Assembly (NCBI GenBank): GCA_963932905.1
Contig: CAWVRN010000036.1
Coordinates: 1 to 32,954 of the forward strand
Direction: 5' to 3'
Length of the DNA stretch: 32,954 bases
From: an uncultured Bdellovibrio sp.
GTDB taxonomy: Bacteria; Bdellovibrionota; Bdellovibrionia; Bdellovibrionales; Bdellovibrionaceae
Shown here: in pieces, positions 27,557 through 32,954 of the stretch
Layout: each line of letters opens with the position of its first letter
Numbering within the stretch: position 1 is the stretch's first letter
Translations under genes and position numbers: made by a program
The notes under the pieces: model-generated
The model's input: the letters and a program-made list of their open reading frames with translations, nothing else
What the model was told of the DNA's origin: nothing
The model's database searches: none

Positions 27557-27997
27557 ATGAAGGATAAAAAATTAGCCAATGAAGCTATTGATATTTTAAA
27601 TAAAATTTTAGAATGCGAACTAGCGGGTGTGGTTCGTTACACACATTACTCGTTGATGGTGTTTGGTCACAATCGTATTCCGATAGTTAAATGGTTACGC
27701 GACCAAGCGTCGGAATCATTAGCTCATGCTAGCGAAGCTGGCGAGCACATTACAACATTAGGCGGCCACCCTAGCTTAAAAATAGGTAAATTAATAGAAA
27801 CGGAAAAGCATTCTTTGAATGATATTTTAAAAGAGAGTCTTGAGCATGAAGAAACTCAATTAAACAATCTCTACACGTTGTTGAAGTTGGTTGAAGGCAA
27901 ATCTGTATTCTTGGAAGAATACGCACGTGAAATGATAACAGAAGAAGAAGCCCACGTAGCAGAAGTAAACAAAATGCTTCGTGTTCAGCCCAAGTAA
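27557..27997 (+). CDS. Ferritin-like / bacterioferritin-family protein
   Basis: ELAGVVRY, ESLAH, EHEE and EEEAH diiron ligands; SD AAGGAG; no Met at the usual Bfr heme-ligand position. Confidence 0.85.
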   Translation: MKDKKLANEAIDILNKILECELAGVVRYTHYSLMVFGHNRIPIVKWLRDQASESLAHASEAGEHITTLGGHPSLKIGKLIETEKHSLNDILKESLEHEETQLNNLYTLLKLVEGKSVFLEEYAREMITEEEAHVAEVNKMLRVQPK

Positions 27998-28029
27998 TTT
28001 TTAATGTCATTAGTGAAATAAATTGAAAT

Positions 28030-28055
28030 GCTCGCCTTTAAAGCGAGCTTTTTTT
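28030..28055 (+). terminator. Intrinsic terminator
   Basis: GCTCGC-ctttaaa-GCGAGC followed by a T-run. Confidence 0.8.
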
Positions 28056-29412
28056 ATTTTTGATAGAAATTTCTGCACATGGCGGCTTTCTCTGCAGCGC
28101 CGTAATCTCCGATAAATTCTACAGGAGGTAAACCTTTGTGACGGTGAAAGACGGCGTCTAAATGAATAAATAAATTTTTAAAAGATAATAGGGCGAAGTT
28201 TCTACCACCTACGTGTAGTAGTTGATCCGGATCGTTTGATTTTCCTGATTTGAATGGTGGAGTAATGAACGGAGTTGTGCTGTGCAAGTGGCTAGATACA
28301 ACGACGTAGGTTTTGTAACCGAAGACACTCTCGGGAACTTGTCGGACTTCAGAATAGTGAACATCACCCGTTAAGAAAATGGCTTTTGTCCCGTGGCCGC
28401 GGAAAATATTTCTAAAAGCTTCCCATTCATTCGGGGCATCTCGTTCTAACGATTCTTGTTTTGCAGAGATGTTGACGATCGACATTCCGCTGGCAATAAT
28501 CACTTCTTTATGTCCACGAACTTGCTCTTCTATCCAGGCAATTTGATCCATACCTAGCAAAACACCACCTTTGGCATTGTAAAACGAACGATTGTCTAAC
28601 ATTAAAACTTTTTTGCCAAAAATAGAGAAACTGTATGATACGCCGGGGCCGCGACTGATAACTTCATCGGCCGGTGGAATCGGATAATAAGATCTAAATA
28701 GATCTAACATTTTCTTCTTGAAAGGGTTCGTATAGTCAGCCGCATCGTATCCAAAATCGTGATCATCCCAAACTGAATACACTGGTATCATTTTAGCTTG
28801 GCGATAGATGCGCTCGTTTTTCCAAGAATCGATGTAACGTTTTTGGATGTATTTATAGCTGGGATGGTAGAAATAGTATTTGCTGATCGCCCATTTTAAA
28901 ACTGCTTGAGCAGCGTTGTCGCCGTAAACTAAATCACCTAAGAAAAAAATGGCATTTGGTTTTTGATCCATCACACGGTCCCACATAGAGCGTGTTTTAT
29001 CGTCAGGACTTAAAATCCCTTGACGAGAGCACGAGCAGACGGCGGCTTTTGGGTTTTCTTGATTTTGATCTAAGGATTGAAATTCACGCGCGTCCACGAC
29101 AATCCCGTATTTGTTTTTGATGACAAGTTTATAAGGTTGGCCCGGTTTCATTCCAGAAATTTCTAAAGTATCGACCAGATGACCGAAGCCAACGTCGTTG
29201 GCGTGGATTTTAACTACGACCTCTTTCTGATTGATTTCGTAACTAAATTCCTGGCCCGGTTCGCGAAGGGCGGTGATGTAGGAGGTGCTTTCATTTGTGT
29301 AGCCTTGAAGAACAGGAACTTTGCCAGTAAATTGGGATTGGTTTCCTGCAAATGTTAAAACGGATAACAACAGGATTGTTAGGAAAAGATTGATAGAACG
29401 TACCGCTTTCAA
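28054..29412 (-). CDS. PhoD-like alkaline phosphatase family protein
   Basis: SC, FLGDLVYGD, WDDHDFG, LDNRS, LLG.DQ..W and GDVH motifs; TTG start with SD GGAGG. Confidence 0.85.
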   Translation of the reverse strand: MKAVRSINLFLTILLLSVLTFAGNQSQFTGKVPVLQGYTNESTSYITALREPGQEFSYEINQKEVVVKIHANDVGFGHLVDTLEISGMKPGQPYKLVIKNKYGIVVDAREFQSLDQNQENPKAAVCSCSRQGILSPDDKTRSMWDRVMDQKPNAIFFLGDLVYGDNAAQAVLKWAISKYYFYHPSYKYIQKRYIDSWKNERIYRQAKMIPVYSVWDDHDFGYDAADYTNPFKKKMLDLFRSYYPIPPADEVISRGPGVSYSFSIFGKKVLMLDNRSFYNAKGGVLLGMDQIAWIEEQVRGHKEVIIASGMSIVNISAKQESLERDAPNEWEAFRNIFRGHGTKAIFLTGDVHYSEVRQVPESVFGYKTYVVVSSHLHSTTPFITPPFKSGKSNDPDQLLHVGGRNFALLSFKNLFIHLDAVFHRHKGLPPVEFIGDYGAAEKAAMCRNFYQK

Positions 29413-29619
29413 AGTGCCTCCGTCATACCTTTAGACAGTGCCACTAATTGGGCTTCTATTTGCCTAATCTCGTGCCAAATGAAATTAAACTCTTTTTGCC
29501 TGTAATTAAATCGGCTTTAGAGTTTATTGTCCTGTCGGATGGTATTTACTCGATTTCGTGAAGGGAATTGCAATAGTTATGCACAGAAAGTGGGGGGCTA
29601 AAAGAATAAAAAAAGGTGA

Positions 29620-29639
29620 GGCCTCGTAGCTACGAGGCC
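29620..29639 (-). terminator. Perfect 20-bp palindrome, probable terminator of the 638-aa gene
   Basis: GGCCTCGTAGCTACGAGGCC, followed on the - strand by TCACC and a T-run. Confidence 0.65.
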
Positions 29640-29659
29640 CTTATGTAAAAACTTTGAAT

Positions 29660-31576
29660 TTAGTTATTGCTGTTGAAAATGTCACCTTGGTTGTTGTTAG
29701 CACCATTGACTTCTTTAGGTTCAACGCCGGGTAACTCCATTTCTTTGATCATGTTTTGGGTCGAATCCCATTCGTCCCGTTTTGGATTTAGGAATCGAAC
29801 TGGCTTGCCGCCGAAAACGTTGCGGATTAACTGACCGTGAACACGTAGTTGAGCTTTTTCGGCATCTGTCATTGAATCGTAAAGTTTACGCATGCGAACG
29901 AGTAACATACTTGGATCACGTTTGTAATACTGATCTCGGAATCCAGATAGTTCGTCGTACTGAGTTTTCATGAAACCTAAAGCAAGGTTCATTGTCCACA
30001 ATGAGAGGTCTGCAGTCTGGGCGCGAACGGCTTTACGAATTAATTCCTCGTACGTGGCTTTCACAGTTACGCTAATTGTTGAATGGTGCACACGAGCAGA
30101 AATAGCGATGTTTTGATCTGGTTTAGTGATCGAAGAAATCCATGCTAAGCGCTGCGTAACTTGAGGTTGTTTGATGCGAGTCAGGCCGTTAACACGAACT
30201 GTTGGCTTGTTGTTGAATGACGTAATCTGATTTTGCGCTGGGATTTCAATGGCTACATCATCAGCGACCATACCGCGATTTGCGATATTTTTTATAACCA
30301 CATTGAATGTGTCACCGTACGTAACTTCAGATTTGCCCTCTTCGCTGACAATTTCAGCTTGGATTTCACTGATGTTAGGATTGTTGCGTACTTGTTTTTC
30401 GATTGCTGCGAAATTGCTTTTATAGAAAGGAAGGTAGCTTTCGTTGAATGCTACAACAGACGCATCATTGAACACGTCATTATAACCATGGTAGTAACCT
30501 AGATCTGCAGCGTAGCTTGCGGCCTCTTGAAGATATAGAGTTTCACCGAGGTTCATGGCCCCCAGGTGAAGGCTAGTGACTTTACGATTCCATTGTCTAT
30601 CTAATGCCCCATTTGTTCCGTTATCGACATTGCGATTGAAGTCAGATTTAAATAGAGCACCGTTTTCAGAGGCTTGTTCAAATAGTGATGCATTGGTAAT
30701 TTCTTTGTAGAAGTTGCGAGCTTCGGTTGCGGCGCCTGAACTGGTACGTAGATCATTGTCATACCAAGTGCTGAATGCATACGGAGAGTCTAAATCACTT
30801 GGCTTGCGTGTGGCGTGATTGTTATAGATAGATGATAAACTAAATAGTCCATTTGTGAACTGACTAGGAACATCTCTACGAAGTAGTCGACGGATTTGTG
30901 AAATTTTATAAGATTCATTGTCGCTCCAGCGTGATTCTATACTACGAGGAGCCGTTACATTTGAAGAGGCGCCGTTGAATAACACCTTACGCGGAGTTTG
31001 AGTGAACTTGATGGCCGCTCCGGTATCTAAGGTATGATTGATAGCTGCGTTGATGTCTGATTGAGCGACTTGATTCGATTGGTAATTAGCTGAACTGCGA
31101 CCGGCCGAAGCGCCTTCATTTTTACCATTGATGCGACCACTGCTGACACCATTTTGATATTCAGACGAGTTTTGCACGACAGATTCTAATTCGTAGTTTC
31201 CGATACGGTTGATGGCGCGTAGCATACCTTCACGAACATTGTAACGAACTTGATAGGCTTCACCTACGATATCTAAAACATCACGAATGTAGTCATTAGT
31301 GGCGCGACGAACGATAACGTCTAAACGATTTCTGTCTAATTGTTTTTTGGGTGGCGGTGTTGGAGTGACGGGAGTTGAGGGTGTCGGTGTTACTGGTGGT
31401 TTTGATGGCTCTGTAGATTTTACGGGTTCTGTGGGCTTAACTGGTTCAGAAGGGCGCATCGGTGTTGCGGGCGAACGGGGTGGATTTTTTGGATCCAGAG
31501 GCCTGACTGTGTTTTGAGCCCAGAGAGATTGGCTCACTAGAGCTAACGTTAGTAGCGAAGTTATTTTGCGGTTCAT
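29660..31576 (-). CDS. Large secreted hypothetical protein with Pro/Thr-rich N-terminal linker
   Basis: Signal peptide (SLWA), SD GAGGGG, PxEPVK and PVTPTP repeats, 638 aa. Confidence 0.8.
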   Translation of the reverse strand: MNRKITSLLTLALVSQSLWAQNTVRPLDPKNPPRSPATPMRPSEPVKPTEPVKSTEPSKPPVTPTPSTPVTPTPPPKKQLDRNRLDVIVRRATNDYIRDVLDIVGEAYQVRYNVREGMLRAINRIGNYELESVVQNSSEYQNGVSSGRINGKNEGASAGRSSANYQSNQVAQSDINAAINHTLDTGAAIKFTQTPRKVLFNGASSNVTAPRSIESRWSDNESYKISQIRRLLRRDVPSQFTNGLFSLSSIYNNHATRKPSDLDSPYAFSTWYDNDLRTSSGAATEARNFYKEITNASLFEQASENGALFKSDFNRNVDNGTNGALDRQWNRKVTSLHLGAMNLGETLYLQEAASYAADLGYYHGYNDVFNDASVVAFNESYLPFYKSNFAAIEKQVRNNPNISEIQAEIVSEEGKSEVTYGDTFNVVIKNIANRGMVADDVAIEIPAQNQITSFNNKPTVRVNGLTRIKQPQVTQRLAWISSITKPDQNIAISARVHHSTISVTVKATYEELIRKAVRAQTADLSLWTMNLALGFMKTQYDELSGFRDQYYKRDPSMLLVRMRKLYDSMTDAEKAQLRVHGQLIRNVFGGKPVRFLNPKRDEWDSTQNMIKEMELPGVEPKEVNGANNNQGDIFNSNN

Positions 31577-31656
31577 GGTTTTCCCCTCATAATGTTTCCC
31601 AAAGCGATGTCTTTATGGCACCGATTTGGGTTTTTAAAATCGACAATGGGGGAAAT

Positions 31657-31672
31657 TGCAACGGGCAGACCA
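31657..31672 (-). promoter_or_regulatory. Putative sigma54 promoter
   Basis: TGGTCTGCCCGTTGCA on the - strand fits GG-N10-GC with TTGCA, about 80 nt upstream of the 31576 start. Confidence 0.5.
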
Positions 31673-31713
31673 AGTTTTATTGGGATCACTTTGTCCCGAT
31701 GAAAATCCTTTGT

Positions 31714-31946
31714 TTTTTATGAGCACGGCAGTCTGTTTTCTTAAGCTTGGAATCAGGTAATGTGTGGGGTCTTCCTTTTTAAGGGATTCTTTTTAAAGGC
31801 ATATGGAAAAGCCTCGGCAGTCCTCGCCGTGCGCTTTGCGCCGGCTGTGGAACTCATTTTTCCATATGCCTTTAAAAAGAATCCCTTAAAAAGGAAGACC
31901 GGGCTTGAATTGTGCTTAAGAAAACAGACTGCCGTACTTATAAAAA
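31714..31946. repeat. Nested long inverted-repeat element (REPIN/MITE-like or structured ncRNA)
   Basis: Outer arms 31714-31746 and 31914-31946 (33 bp, 2 mismatches); inner arms 31768-31810 and 31858-31900 (43 bp, perfect); 47-nt GC-rich core with its own hairpin. Confidence 0.95.
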
Positions 31947-32022
31947 TTGCCCACACCACACCGATTTTTTATGGTGCGTTCCGCTATTTGGTGGGATTTG
32001 AAATTACTTTTTAGTGACAGGC

Positions 32023-32820
32023 TTAAACGATTTTTTCCAGGAAAGTTAATGAGCGGACTCCGAACCAGCTGAAGGATTGGCCGTCGACGATGGCTGATGG
32101 GAAGGGTAAGGATTTCAATTCTTCTGTTTTTTTGTGGAAGGGGTAGGGCTCGCTAGAGAATAGTAATAGAGTGTGGTTGGGATCTAGGGTTGTTAGGTCT
32201 ATTTCTGGGTAGTGTTTTTGGTGGGTGGCTGCCGTGTTTGATAGTGGTAGTCCTACCATTTTGGCGAGGTCGCCTATGAAAGTTTCCTTTGTGGCTGCCA
32301 TCCATGGGTTTTTCCAGATGATATAATAGATGTCTTTTATTTCGGTGGTTGGTTGCTTTACCCATTCAATTAAACCCGGTAGGGTTTGCCACGAGTGTTG
32401 TTTGATTGGGCATTTGTTGGCTATTTGATTCCATCGAGTTATTACCGCATCGAAATTTTCTTTTGTTGTTGGGTTTAGCGCTGTGATGGCGCTGGCAATC
32501 AGCTGGATGCCGTCGATGCAGCTTCTGATGTTTTGTACATGCGTCGCGATGAATGGGATTTTGTGGCCCTCGATCATTGATTTTGGGTTTTCGTCTTTAT
32601 CCAAGATGATTAAGTCTGGCGCCATGGACTCTATGAGTTTTAAATCCCAGTCTTTGGTTCCGCCTACTATGGGTATTTGTTTTACCTTTGTGCTTGGTTC
32701 GATGCAGAACCGGGTGCGGCCGATGACGTCAATGTGGGTGTCTAATCCAATGCTAAGGAGCATTTCGGTCCAAGAGGGTACCATGCTGATGACTCTTGGA
32801 ATTTTGCGTGTGCGTGTCAT
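32023..32820 (-). CDS. Helical-backbone metal receptor (BtuF-like), no signal peptide
   Basis: RVISMVPSWTEML, GRTRFCIEP, VGGTKD, PDLII..K.EN, IWKNPWM, SSEPYPF and VDG..FSWFG.R motifs; ATG 32820 preferred. Confidence 0.85.
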   Translation of the reverse strand: MTRTRKIPRVISMVPSWTEMLLSIGLDTHIDVIGRTRFCIEPSTKVKQIPIVGGTKDWDLKLIESMAPDLIILDKDENPKSMIEGHKIPFIATHVQNIRSCIDGIQLIASAITALNPTTKENFDAVITRWNQIANKCPIKQHSWQTLPGLIEWVKQPTTEIKDIYYIIWKNPWMAATKETFIGDLAKMVGLPLSNTAATHQKHYPEIDLTTLDPNHTLLLFSSEPYPFHKKTEELKSLPFPSAIVDGQSFSWFGVRSLTFLEKIV

Positions 32821-32863
32821 GTTAAAATAGTCGTCTGTTTTATAATTGAAGTCCATATTTTTA

Positions 32864-32889
32864 AACTGGCCCCTTAGCCTGCGGCTAAG
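32864..32889. repeat. 26-nt dispersed hairpin repeat, copy 2 (inverted relative to copy 1)
   Basis: AACTGGCCCCTTAGCCTGCGGCTAAG; its reverse complement matches 26-51 at 24/26; perfect stem CCTTAGCC/GGCTAAGG. Confidence 0.75.
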
Positions 32890-32954
32890 GCCAAGTAAGA
32901 TATCGTCAAATCAAGTGAATTTAAAACGTGCTATCTAAAATCCAGAAAGATTCA

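Noticed and set aside
29463..29479. Sigma54-like TTGGCACG upstream of the PhoD-like gene
   Set aside because: The -24 box is perfect but the GC falls 11 nt after GG rather than the required 10.
29620..29639. Perfect 20-bp palindrome as an operator or mobile repeat
   Set aside because: Its position 20 nt past a stop with a downstream T-run is adequately explained as a terminator; no second copy seen.
31753..32014. Two opposing small ORFs (68 and 84 aa) sharing VFLFKGFFLKAYGK and FPYAFKKNPLKRKT
   Set aside because: The shared peptides arise from reading the inverted repeat on both strands; no SD or family support.
32821..32954. Cobalamin riboswitch upstream of the BtuF-like gene
   Set aside because: No B12-box or other conserved riboswitch elements seen, and the gene appears leaderless.

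Overview
Gene-dense bacterial chromosome segment with about 31 intact CDS. No rRNA, tRNA, CRISPR array, transposase or integrase could be seen. The many secreted or lipoprotein hypotheticals, an S8 lipoprotease, a transglutaminase-elicitor-like protein, an orphan CheV and sigma54-type promoters suggest a Bdellovibrionota-like organism (inference, not verified). The left end (1-4.4 kb) looks accessory: a MocR/GabR regulator divergent from yggS plus a class I glutamine amidotransferase, with a visible GTCCAC operator, then a deletion scar joining MFS and LysR remnants. The rest holds lpxR, a TauE/DUF1634 pair, a CPA2 K+/H+ antiporter, a rhomboid protease, rsmG, a Dus synthase, an RhlE-like helicase, a divergent six-gene putative metal-handling cluster, dedA, a ferritin-like protein, a PhoD-like phosphatase and a BtuF-like protein. 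The most unusual signals are non-coding: a 233-nt nested inverted-repeat element (31714-31946; perfect 43-bp inner arms, 33-bp outer arms), a 67-nt hairpin with perfect 25-bp arms (9387-9453), a strong A/C third-codon skew in the genes right of both hairpins, a 26-nt hairpin repeat in inverted orientation at both window ends, a probable AUU start codon and several apparently leaderless genes.
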